50,635 bases of DNA, from positions 1 through 50,635 of the forward strand of contig JBCCFN010000002.1 of the NCBI GenBank assembly GCA_039029715.1, in the 5' to 3' direction. Of this stretch, positions 15,456-23,449 are shown one piece after another. The notes under the pieces were generated by a model. The model worked only from the letters and a program-made list of their open reading frames with translations. It searched no databases and was not told the DNA's origin. The first letter of the stretch is position 1. Every line of letters starts with the position of its first letter. This stretch comes from Actinomycetota bacterium. Lineage in GTDB: Bacteria; Actinomycetota; Acidimicrobiia; Acidimicrobiales; SZUA-35. A program made the translations under genes and the position numbers.

Positions 15456-17879
15456 ATGCCAGCCCGCCGCCGACTCTTCGTCGCCTATCTGCTTCTCGTC
15501 GCCTCGATTGCCGCACTGCTCCCGGCATCGGCCGGTGGTTCGACCCGGAGCCTCGATCCGAGCACGCTCGGGATGCGCCCCAACGGCAGCTTCCTGGATC
15601 GAGACCGCCTGGAATATTACGAAGAGCAGCTCGGTGGCTCGATCAACTGGTACGTCGGATTCGCCGGCCGCCACTCCCCGGAGCAGATGCGGAGCGCGGT
15701 CTACGGCCAGCTCCGTCACCCGGACGCCGTGCTGCCGGAGATCGCCGATCGGATGAACCTGGTCATGACCGTCCCGCTGGCCTTCGGCCGCCAGACCGCC
15801 AAGACCGAGGCCGAGCGCCGGGCGGTCGAGGTGCTGCTTGGCAAGACGGCGGCCGGTGCCTGGGACGAGCACTACCGGGCCGTGGCCCGCTCGTTGATCG
15901 AGGGCGGCTACCCGGATGCCGTCATTCGCCTCGGCCACGAGTTCACCGGCAACTGGTTCCCGTGGTCATCGCAGGGCAACGAAGATGCCTATATCGCCGC
16001 CTACCGCCATGTCCATGGTGTGCTCAAGCAGGAGTCGCCAGACTTCCGGTTCGAGTGGAATGCCTCGGTCCGGAGCTACGTGGAATTCGGCGAGCAGGCC
16101 TATCCCGGTGACGACGTCGTCGACGTCATCGGCATGGACCTCTACTACCGTCCGAACCGTGGCGGCCGGACCATGTCGGAGGGTGCATGGCAGCGGATCT
16201 ATCTGCCGTCGCTGTCGGCTCAGCAACGGTTCGCAGCCCAGCGGGGCAAGCCCCTCGCCTACTCGGAGTGGGCCAATGGGGATGTCGACGAGCCGGCGTT
16301 CATCCAGGAGATGCACGACTGGATGGCATCGCTCCCGGCCTCCGGCGGCGGGTCGCTGCTGTACCACTCCTACTTCAACGCATCGAACGCGACCTACAAC
16401 CTGGAGAACTATCCCAAGACCAAGCAGCGGTACCTGGACCTGTTCGGCAACGGCGGGAACGCATCGGCCTCCAGCCCGGCCGACCTGCTCCCGCCACCTG
16501 GGACCAACCCGGCGGATCCGGCCCCGGTCTCGGACCCCGCACCGACCACCACGGTGCCCGCCCCGGCCCCGACCACCCCGCCCCCGGCAACCAACGGCAG
16601 CTCCCGGCAGTTCACGTTCTATGACCAGTCGGTCGTTCATCGGTCGAACAGCTATGCCGAGCTCGACCATCAGGGCCCGACCAACTGGCGGAGCCCGGTC
16701 AACTACGTGGACGGCTCCACGTTCATCCGCCTGGCCATAACCGAGAAGCCGAGCGCCAAGCCGGTCCAGGTCCTGTCCTGTGCGTGGCGTGACCGCCTGG
16801 CCCAGGAGACCTGCATCCGCCTCGGGACCTTCGACCGGACCGGCATCCACTACATCGAGCTGAAGAACCCGAGGGGGTGGTGGAAGAAATCCAAGTGGGA
16901 CTTCGACCGGCCGATCGAGATCGCCCGGATCATGGTCAAGGATCCGGAGACCAACACCCTGCTGAACGATCACCGCTGCGGGCAGGCCTGCTACGGCGGG
17001 TCGGACGATCTGGACGACCACACCCCGATCTCGTTCGAGGCCGAGATGATCCTGGTGGCCAAGGGGGATGACCTGGTCGTCCCGGCCGACTGGATCGGCT
17101 GCCCAGCAGCCTGGGGTTGCGGGGCAGACGGGACCGTCCCGACCCCAACCCCGACGACGGCACCGACGCCGACGACGGCGCCGAGCCCGACCAGCCCGCC
17201 ACCGGAAACCACCGCCCCGGCCCCGACCCCGACCGGCGGCCCGACCCTGACGGCGCCGGCCACGGTCACCGTCCAGCCGGACACGCCGGTGACGATCGCC
17301 ATCGAGAGCGACGCCGACTCGTTCCAGTGGTGGAAGGTCTCCGGGCCCGGTTCGATCCATTGGGACGACCGGATGGTCAAGAACCCGACCGCCTCCTTCC
17401 CGAACGCCGGCGTCTACGAGGTGACCGTCCGGGCTCGTCGGGGTGGTGACACCGAACTGGCCCGGGTTCGGATCGTGGTCGACGGTGACGCAACCGGGGC
17501 GTCCGGTGCACCAGGGACGTCCGATCAACCGGTCGAGCCCGCCCAGCCGGCAGCCACCGGCCTACCGGAGCTCCGGGTCCGCTCGACTCAGGGCGCCGAG
17601 GGCGAGGTCCTGGTGTTCAAGGTGGTGCTCGATCGACCGGCACCAAACGACGTGACCGTCAGCCTCAGCACCCAGGACATCACCGCCCAGGCCGGGTCGG
17701 ACTACCGATCGCGGAACACGACGATCACCATCCCGGCCGGGGAGCAGCGGGCCTGGGTCGGTGTTCGGGCCCTGTCGGACAACGCCAGGGAATCGGCCGA
17801 GGCCTTCCGGCTCAAGGTCCAGTCGGTGTCTGGCGCGACGGTGTCCAACGGGACCGGCCGAGGCACGATCGTCTCCTGA
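15456..17879 (+). CDS. secreted multidomain protein: GH26-like catalytic domain, Pro/Thr linker, Cys-containing orphan domain, Pro/Thr linker, PKD/Ig-like domain, Calx-beta domain
   Basis: Signal peptide MPARRRLFVAYLLLVASIAALLPASAGG. IRLGHEFTGNWFPWS and AYSEWAN are paralogous to the 14365 gene. PT-rich linkers lie at about 16480-16600 and 17130-17240. The C-terminal LVFKVVLDRPAPNDVTVSLSTQDITAQAGSDYRSRNTTITIPAGEQRAWVGVRALSDN fits the Calx-beta pattern. Confidence 0.8.
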   Translation: MPARRRLFVAYLLLVASIAALLPASAGGSTRSLDPSTLGMRPNGSFLDRDRLEYYEEQLGGSINWYVGFAGRHSPEQMRSAVYGQLRHPDAVLPEIADRMNLVMTVPLAFGRQTAKTEAERRAVEVLLGKTAAGAWDEHYRAVARSLIEGGYPDAVIRLGHEFTGNWFPWSSQGNEDAYIAAYRHVHGVLKQESPDFRFEWNASVRSYVEFGEQAYPGDDVVDVIGMDLYYRPNRGGRTMSEGAWQRIYLPSLSAQQRFAAQRGKPLAYSEWANGDVDEPAFIQEMHDWMASLPASGGGSLLYHSYFNASNATYNLENYPKTKQRYLDLFGNGGNASASSPADLLPPPGTNPADPAPVSDPAPTTTVPAPAPTTPPPATNGSSRQFTFYDQSVVHRSNSYAELDHQGPTNWRSPVNYVDGSTFIRLAITEKPSAKPVQVLSCAWRDRLAQETCIRLGTFDRTGIHYIELKNPRGWWKKSKWDFDRPIEIARIMVKDPETNTLLNDHRCGQACYGGSDDLDDHTPISFEAEMILVAKGDDLVVPADWIGCPAAWGCGADGTVPTPTPTTAPTPTTAPSPTSPPPETTAPAPTPTGGPTLTAPATVTVQPDTPVTIAIESDADSFQWWKVSGPGSIHWDDRMVKNPTASFPNAGVYEVTVRARRGGDTELARVRIVVDGDATGASGAPGTSDQPVEPAQPAATGLPELRVRSTQGAEGEVLVFKVVLDRPAPNDVTVSLSTQDITAQAGSDYRSRNTTITIPAGEQRAWVGVRALSDNARESAEAFRLKVQSVSGATVSNGTGRGTIVS

Positions 17880-17908
17880 GCCAGCCTCCGTGCCGCCGGA
17901 CGCTGAGC

Positions 17909-17942
17909 CGGCCGGTCATCCGACACCGACGATGACCGGCCG
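17909..17942 (+). terminator. putative factor-independent terminator (I-shaped, no U-tract)
   Basis: Perfect 12-bp stem CGGCCGGTCATC / GATGACCGGCCG with a 10-nt loop, 30 nt after the stop at 17879. No T-run follows, so confidence is limited. Confidence 0.4.
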
Positions 17943-17955
17943 CTAGGGTCCCGAC

Positions 17956-18726
17956 ATGGACGGGACGACAGACGAGCCGGCGGCCACTGGCGCAGCGATC
18001 GTGACCGGGGCCGGTGGCGGCCTCGGGCGGGCGATCGCCATCCGGCTGGCCGCAGACGGCCACCCGGTCGCCGTCTTCGACGTCGACGACGGCGCTGCGG
18101 CTGCAACCGCGGCGGCGGTCGACGCAGCCGGCGGCCGGTCCGGTGCCTGGACGGTCGACCTTCGGGACGAAGCGGCGACGGCCGCAGCCATCACCGAGGC
18201 CGACACCCGGTTGGGTCCCATCACCGTCCTGGTCAACAACGCTGCGGTGTTCCCCGCCGGCTCGATGCTCGAGGTGACCGCCGAGGTCTACGACGACACG
18301 GTCGCGGTCAACCAGCGGGCCTACTTCCTGACGGCCAGAGTCGTCGCCGGTCGACTGATCGCAGCCGGGCGCCCCGGGGCGATCGTCAACGTCGGCTCGA
18401 TCACCCAGCACGGCGGCTGGTCTGACATGGTCCCCTACGCCACCACCAAGGGGGCGGCGGCCACGATGACCCGGGCGATGGCCACCGAGTTGGGACCGGC
18501 GGGCATCCGGGTCAACTGTGTGGCTCCCGGGGCGTTCCCGACCCCGGCCGAGGACATGCACGACGATCCCGAGGCCTACGCCCGGCGGATCATCGATTCC
18601 CAGGCGCTGAAACGTCGCGGCGACCCGGCCGAGGTGGCCTCGGTCGTGTCGTTCCTGGTCGGGCCGGACGCCTCGTTCGTGACCGGTCAGACCCTCAATG
18701 TCGACGGCGGCTGGATCATGGCCTGA
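17956..18726 (+). CDS. short-chain dehydrogenase/reductase (SDR) family oxidoreductase
   Basis: TGAGGGLGRAIA (TGxxxGxG), NNAA, YATTKGAA (YxxxK), and the typical tail FVTGQTLNVDGG. Confidence 0.85.
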   Translation: MDGTTDEPAATGAAIVTGAGGGLGRAIAIRLAADGHPVAVFDVDDGAAAATAAAVDAAGGRSGAWTVDLRDEAATAAAITEADTRLGPITVLVNNAAVFPAGSMLEVTAEVYDDTVAVNQRAYFLTARVVAGRLIAAGRPGAIVNVGSITQHGGWSDMVPYATTKGAAATMTRAMATELGPAGIRVNCVAPGAFPTPAEDMHDDPEAYARRIIDSQALKRRGDPAEVASVVSFLVGPDASFVTGQTLNVDGGWIMA

Positions 18727-18732
18727 GCGGCT

Positions 18733-18764
18733 GGATCACGGCCCGCGCCGGGCCGCAGTGATCC
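18733..18764. terminator. possible bidirectional hairpin between convergent genes
   Basis: GGATCAC-GGCCCG (loop CGC) CGGGCC-(GCA bulge)-GTGATCC, lying between the SDR stop (18726) and the EthD stop (18785). No U-tract. Confidence 0.3.
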
Positions 18765-18784
18765 GCTCCCCCGGCACCGGCCGG

Positions 18785-19075
18785 CTAGTGGGCGACCTCG
18801 CCGATCACCAGCTGTGGCGCGGTGTTGGTGTAGTTCGGCACGTCGCCCATGATCTTGGCGCCGTGCTCGGCCATGGCCGCATCGAAGGCCTCCTGGCTCT
18901 CGACCGTGCACCAGCCGATCGCCTCCCAGGGGCCGGCGGTGACGGTGGTCGCGCCCCAGGCCGTGCAGGCGTCGCCGATGGCGTCGGCAAGCATCGGCAT
19001 ATGGGTCGCGGTGTAGTAGGCCATGTCGAACGACGAATCGTCGGTCTTCGGGTACATGATGTGGACCGAAATCAT
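18785..19075 (-). CDS. EthD-family protein (TIGR02118-like)
   Basis: From the ATG at 19075: MISVHIMYPKTDDSSFDMAYYTATHMPML...IMGDVPNYTNTAPQLVIGEV. This matches the EthD family pattern. The track start at 19156 would overlap the purU 3' end. Confidence 0.7.
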   Translation of the reverse strand: MISVHIMYPKTDDSSFDMAYYTATHMPMLADAIGDACTAWGATTVTAGPWEAIGWCTVESQEAFDAAMAEHGAKIMGDVPNYTNTAPQLVIGEVAH

Positions 19076-19124
19076 GGCGCAAGTCTGGCAGGCCGGCCGC
19101 CAGCGATCCAGCGGGGGCCGACAC

Positions 19125-19973
19125 TCAGTCGAAGACGACGGTCCGTCCGTTGTCAAGCAGGAAGATCCGATCCTCGGCGTGGGCCCGGACCGCCCGGGAC
19201 AGGACCAGCCGTTCGATGTCCCGGCCGTTCGCCACCATCTGCTCCGGGGTGTCCCGATGGCCGACGGCGGTGACGTCCTGGGTGATGATCGGCCCCTCGT
19301 CGAGATCGGCGGTGACGTAGTGGGCGGTCGCCCCGATCAGCTTGACCCCCCGCTCCCACGCCTGGTGGTACGGCTTCGCCCCCTTGAACCCCGGCAGGAA
19401 GGAGTGGTGGATGTTGATGATCCGACCCGGCAGCTTTGCGCAGAGATCGTCGCTGAGGATCTGCATGTACCGGGCCAGGACCACCACGTCGATCCGGTGG
19501 CGGGCCACCAGGTCGAGCAGGCGCTCCTCGGCCACCGGCTTGGTGTCTGCGGTGACCGGAATGTGCTCGAAGTCGATCCCGTTGCGGAGCACCAGATCCC
19601 GCAGCTCGGGATGGTTCGACACCACCAGCGGGATGTCGATCGGCAGCTCACCGGTCTGGCGGCGGTAGAACAGGTCGACCAGACAGTGGTCGTACCGGGA
19701 CACCAACACCAGGGCCCGCCGATTGTGGTCTTCCCGGCGAACCCCCAGCGTCCCGTCGAGCGAGGTCACCACCGGACCGAGAGCGACCGAGATCTCCTCG
19801 GCGTCGAAGATGTCCGACTCGAACCGGGTCCGCATACAGAACGTCCCGGTCGCCGGGTCGCTGAACTGGGCGTTGGCCAGGATGTTGGCGTCGAGATCGA
19901 CCAGGGCGGCGGCCACGGCGGCCACGATCCCCTTTCGATCGGGACAGGACAGGGTGAGGACGTGGACGGGCAT
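19125..19973 (-). CDS. purU: formyltetrahydrofolate deformylase
   Basis: From the ATG at 19973: ACT domain MPVHVLTLSCPDRKGIVAAV, then the formyltransferase core INIHHSFLPGFKGAKPYHQA and GATAHYVTADLDEGPII. The track ORF extends spuriously to 20549. Confidence 0.9.
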   Translation of the reverse strand: MPVHVLTLSCPDRKGIVAAVAAALVDLDANILANAQFSDPATGTFCMRTRFESDIFDAEEISVALGPVVTSLDGTLGVRREDHNRRALVLVSRYDHCLVDLFYRRQTGELPIDIPLVVSNHPELRDLVLRNGIDFEHIPVTADTKPVAEERLLDLVARHRIDVVVLARYMQILSDDLCAKLPGRIINIHHSFLPGFKGAKPYHQAWERGVKLIGATAHYVTADLDEGPIITQDVTAVGHRDTPEQMVANGRDIERLVLSRAVRAHAEDRIFLLDNGRTVVFD

Positions 19974-19999
19974 GGCACCAGTGTGCCAAGGCGAAGCGC

Positions 20000-20833
20000 T
20001 CAGGTGGCGACTGGTGTGTGCCGCCGTGGCGCCTCGGTGCCGGCGATCGTCACCCGCTCCCCTCGGCGAGGATGGGGGGCGTAGTCCCAGACCGCGTAAT
20101 GCTGGGTGCAGCGGTTGTCCCACATGGTCAGGGTCCCCGGCTGCCAGCGGACCCGGCACTGGATCGCCGGGTTGTCTGCGATGTGGCGGAACAACAGACC
20201 GAGCATGGCGTCGCTCTCGGCGGTCGACAGCTCCTCGATACCGGAGGTGAACGCCTGGTTGACGAACAGGACCGGGCGACCGCTGTCCGGGTGGTCGACG
20301 ACCACCGGATGTGACCACGCCGGGTAGGTCTGCCCCGGGGCCGGCTCGATCCCGTACCAGCGGAGATCCTGGAGCCCGTCGTGGCGGGCGGTCAGCCCGA
20401 CCAGCAACTCCCGCACCGGGGCCGAGAGGGTCTCGAACGCCAGGTGCATGTTGGCGAACAGCGTGTCCCCGCCGTGGGGTGGGGCCTCGGTCAGCAGCAG
20501 GATCGAGCCGAGCGGTGGCACCTCCTCGCACGACACGTCCATGTGCCACCGACCGCCGTTGTTCCGGACCGAGCGATCATCGGTCTTGACGGTGAATATC
20601 TCCGGGTCACCCTTGGCTCCGAGATGCCGCTTCGACGGGTGGACGTGGAGTTCGCCGAACCGCCGACCGAACGCCTTGTGCTGCTCCCGGTCCAACGCCT
20701 GGTCCCGGAACACCAGTACGTGGTGATCGGCGAAGGCCCGGTCGATCCGGTCGGCATCGGTCTGACCGAGGGCGGCGAGATCGACCCCGGTGACCTCGGC
20801 GCCAAGGGCCGGCGTGATCGGCGTGATGTCCAC
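20000..20833 (-). CDS. TauD/TfdA-family Fe(II)/2-oxoglutarate dioxygenase
   Basis: ITPITPALGAEVTGVDL...HHVLVFRDQ...WHMDVSCEEVPP (HxD facial triad)...WDNRCTQHYA. The start is the GTG at 20833 or an ATG at 20872/20881 (uncertain). Confidence 0.8.
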   Translation of the reverse strand: MDITPITPALGAEVTGVDLAALGQTDADRIDRAFADHHVLVFRDQALDREQHKAFGRRFGELHVHPSKRHLGAKGDPEIFTVKTDDRSVRNNGGRWHMDVSCEEVPPLGSILLLTEAPPHGGDTLFANMHLAFETLSAPVRELLVGLTARHDGLQDLRWYGIEPAPGQTYPAWSHPVVVDHPDSGRPVLFVNQAFTSGIEELSTAESDAMLGLLFRHIADNPAIQCRVRWQPGTLTMWDNRCTQHYAVWDYAPHPRRGERVTIAGTEAPRRHTPVAT

Positions 20834-20921
20834 GCCACCGATGATCGCACCTGACCGGCACCGATACCGCATGCCAGACACAGCCTGACCGACCCCGCTG
20901 GGCGGCGTCGATGTCCTTCAC

Positions 20922-20927
20922 TATTCT
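20922..20927 (+). promoter_or_regulatory. candidate -10 hexamer (TATTCT) for a leaderless aldolase transcript
   Basis: A TANNNT-type hexamer ends 6 nt before the ATG at 20934. No Shine-Dalgarno lies in between. It sits in an AT-richer patch in the divergent region. Confidence 0.3.
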
Positions 20928-20933
20928 TGTCAC

Positions 20934-21761
20934 ATGACAACGACCGAGACGTCCACAGACCAACCCGTCCTGGCCGCGTCCGACTTCACGCCGAAGCAGG
21001 AGGACCTGGTCCTCGACCTGCCGAAGACGTTCGAGACGGCGGAGGAAGAGCGCAAGCACCGCAAGGAGCGGCTGGCCGCCGCCCTCCGGATCATCGGCGG
21101 CTTGGGTTTCGCCGAGGGTGTCGCCGGCCACATCACCGCCCGAGACCCGGAGCTGACCGACCACTTCTGGGTCAACCCGTTCGGGATGAGCTTCAACCGG
21201 GTGACGGTCAGCGACCTGATCCTGGTCAACCCGGAGGGGATCGTCGTCCACGGCAACCGCCCGGTCAACGCCGCCGCCTTCGCCATCCACCACGCCATCC
21301 ACGAGGCCCGACCGGACGTCATCGCCGCCGTTCACACCCACACCGTGTACGGCCGGGCGTTCTCCTCCCTCGGCAAGGATGTGGCGATGCTGACCCAGGA
21401 CGCCTGCATGTTCTACAACGACGTCGCTCTCCACGCCGACAGCGGCGGGGCGGTCGTGACCGGAGCCGAGGACGGGGCCGGTCTGGCCGCATCGCTCGGT
21501 GACAAGAAGGCACTGATCCACCGAAACCACGGGCTGATCACGGTCGGTGGCTCGGTCGACGCTGCGGCCTGGTGGTTCATCGCCCTCGAGCGTTGCTGCC
21601 AGGTCCAGCTGATCGCCGAGGCCGCCGGCGAGCCGATGATCATCCCGGACGAGTACGCCCAGACCTCGTGGGAGCAGACCGGGCACGAACTCGCCGGCTG
21701 GTTCCAGTTCCAACCCCACCTGGCCGACCTGCTGGCCGCCGACCCCTCGTTCCTCGGCTGA
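20934..21761 (+). CDS. class II aldolase/adducin-domain protein
   Basis: GHITARDP...FWVNPFG...AAFAIHHAIHEARPDVIAAVHTHTVYGRAFS (His-rich metal site)...HGLITVG. Confidence 0.85.
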   Translation: MTTTETSTDQPVLAASDFTPKQEDLVLDLPKTFETAEEERKHRKERLAAALRIIGGLGFAEGVAGHITARDPELTDHFWVNPFGMSFNRVTVSDLILVNPEGIVVHGNRPVNAAAFAIHHAIHEARPDVIAAVHTHTVYGRAFSSLGKDVAMLTQDACMFYNDVALHADSGGAVVTGAEDGAGLAASLGDKKALIHRNHGLITVGGSVDAAAWWFIALERCCQVQLIAEAAGEPMIIPDEYAQTSWEQTGHELAGWFQFQPHLADLLAADPSFLG

Positions 21762-21798
21762 CCCCTCGTTCCTCGGCTGGCCGGCGGGGCACCCCGGC

Positions 21799-22857
21799 TC
21801 AGTCGGCCACGGCCGCAAGGGCCCGGTCGAGCGCATCGGCCAGACCCCGGCGGGCCGCCGCCTTCCAGTCCGGATCCTCCGGGGTGAAACAGGCCCGGTA
21901 GGCCCGGCGGATGTCGGCATGGGCCGGTCGGTCGTCTCCGAAACGGTGGACCCACTGTTCTCGATGGGCGGCGGCCAGCTGCTTCGTGTCTGACACGGTC
22001 CCGACCTCGACGGTGACCGACCACCGCTCCGGGCCGGCGGCCAGCGCTGCCACACCGGGGCCGATCCGACCCGGCGTCCACGCTGCGGACGGGGTGGCGT
22101 GGCCGAAGATGGCACCGACCGCCTCGTTTGCCGGGCTGTCGACCGGTTCACCGGACAGGTAGGTCATCTCGCCGTAGGGTCCGGCCCCGGTGTGGAGGTC
22201 GAGCACGAGGACCTTGCCGAGCGGGGCCAGCATCGGTCCCAGCACGTCGGCCAGGATCTCGCAGGACGGTTCGGTCCGGTGGCCTGCGTAGTGCATCCCG
22301 TCCGGATGGTGGTACTGGCCGGCGGTGATCGCCCGTTCGACCCAGGCCAGCCCATGAGCCTCGGTGATCGGCGCCAGGGCCTCGAACATGGCCCGAGGAT
22401 CGGGCACGGTCGGCCCATCGGGGCACAGCAGGGGGTGCAGTTCGTCGTAGGGTTCGTTGCGGGGCGGGTCGATCCAGCCCCGATCCCAGCCCCGGTTGAG
22501 GTCGACGTTGGCCTCGTTCTGCCGCCGCCCCCAGGCCATGCCCCACGGGTTGACCGCATGTACAAGGATGATGCGGAGGCCGGGGCCGGCCGGGCGGGCG
22601 CCGAGGCCGGCCAGGAACGCCGTCTGGGCTGCGGCGGTGGCGAACCCCTCGACACCGTGGACGCCGGACAGCACGACCAACGCCCGCCGGGGGGCGTCAT
22701 CGCCGAGGGTGGCCACATCGATCGTGAGCTCCTCCCCTTCCGGGCCCGGCGCCTCGATCGGGTGGGCGGTGAGCGGCGCACCGACGGCGGCAGCGGTCGC
22801 CCGGAAACTCGCCCTCGACGCTGCGTAGGTCTGCGGCAGGGGGTCCGGGGACGACAT
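21799..22857 (-). CDS. DUF2817 / M14-like zinc carboxypeptidase-fold protein
   Basis: From the ATG at 22857: VVLSGVHGVEGFATAAAQTAFL...ILVHAVNPWGMAWGRRQNEANVDLNRGW...LDLHTGAGPYG. The track start at 23274 is an extension. Confidence 0.7.
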   Translation of the reverse strand: MSSPDPLPQTYAASRASFRATAAAVGAPLTAHPIEAPGPEGEELTIDVATLGDDAPRRALVVLSGVHGVEGFATAAAQTAFLAGLGARPAGPGLRIILVHAVNPWGMAWGRRQNEANVDLNRGWDRGWIDPPRNEPYDELHPLLCPDGPTVPDPRAMFEALAPITEAHGLAWVERAITAGQYHHPDGMHYAGHRTEPSCEILADVLGPMLAPLGKVLVLDLHTGAGPYGEMTYLSGEPVDSPANEAVGAIFGHATPSAAWTPGRIGPGVAALAAGPERWSVTVEVGTVSDTKQLAAAHREQWVHRFGDDRPAHADIRRAYRACFTPEDPDWKAAARRGLADALDRALAAVAD

Positions 22858-22944
22858 CGGGCCATGGTGGGCGCCGGGCCGAGATCCGGTCAACCCGGTT
22901 TGCCCGAGGCGAACCGGACCCCGGTCGTCTACCGTCGCCGGTGA

Positions 22945-23439
22945 ATGACCGGACGAACCCCGCTCCCTGCCCTGTCGGCGCTGCTGGCCGCAGCGGCGTT
23001 GTCGGTTGCGGCGTGCGGTACGGAGGTGGAATCCGGGCCGACCGCCGGCACCACCAACACCGCCCCGCCGGAACTGCTGGCAATTGAACAGACCGACCGG
23101 GAGCCAATTGCGGACGAACTGAAGCTCTGGGTCTCCAACCAGAGCTTCGACGACGACCCGGTCAGGATCACGATCTCGATCGACGGGGCGGTGGCGGTCG
23201 ACGATCGGTTCCCGGTCGAGGATCAGCACCACTGGGTCGGCTACCTGCTTGCGGACCTGCCGCCCGGGGATCACACGGTCAGCGTCGTCAGCGAGACCGG
23301 GGCCGAGTTCTCGACCGACATCACCCTGATCGAGGATCGGCCGCTGTGGCTCGTCGTCGAGTACTGGTTCGACGACCAGGAGGCCACCGGCCGGTTCTTC
23401 ACGGTCAAACGGTCGGACGAGCCGGTGGGGTTCGCCTGA
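22945..23439 (+). CDS. lipoprotein of unknown function
   Basis: MTGRTPLPALSALLAAAALSVAACGTE (lipobox). GC3-rich frame. Confidence 0.6.
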   Translation: MTGRTPLPALSALLAAAALSVAACGTEVESGPTAGTTNTAPPELLAIEQTDREPIADELKLWVSNQSFDDDPVRITISIDGAVAVDDRFPVEDQHHWVGYLLADLPPGDHTVSVVSETGAEFSTDITLIEDRPLWLVVEYWFDDQEATGRFFTVKRSDEPVGFA

Positions 23440-23449
23440 GGCCCCGAGG

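Noticed and set aside
16480-17240. Highly repetitive CCG/ACC/CCC-rich DNA at about 16480-16600, 17130-17240 and 36289-36355 that could be mistaken for VNTR or CRISPR-like repeats.
   Set aside because: These stretches translate in-frame into Pro/Thr/Ala linker peptides between folded domains of secreted proteins. They have no spacer/repeat regularity.
15966-17528. 520-aa minus-strand ORF opposite the large GH26-like gene.
   Set aside because: It is a shadow ORF with Arg/Gly/Pro-rich content. The plus frame carries the signal peptide and the GH, PKD-like and Calx-beta motifs.
20607-22151. 514-aa minus-strand ORF spanning the TauD 5' end, the aldolase gene and the DUF2817 3' end.
   Set aside because: It crosses three genes that have strong motif support in other frames or strands, and its composition is typical of antisense GC-rich frames.
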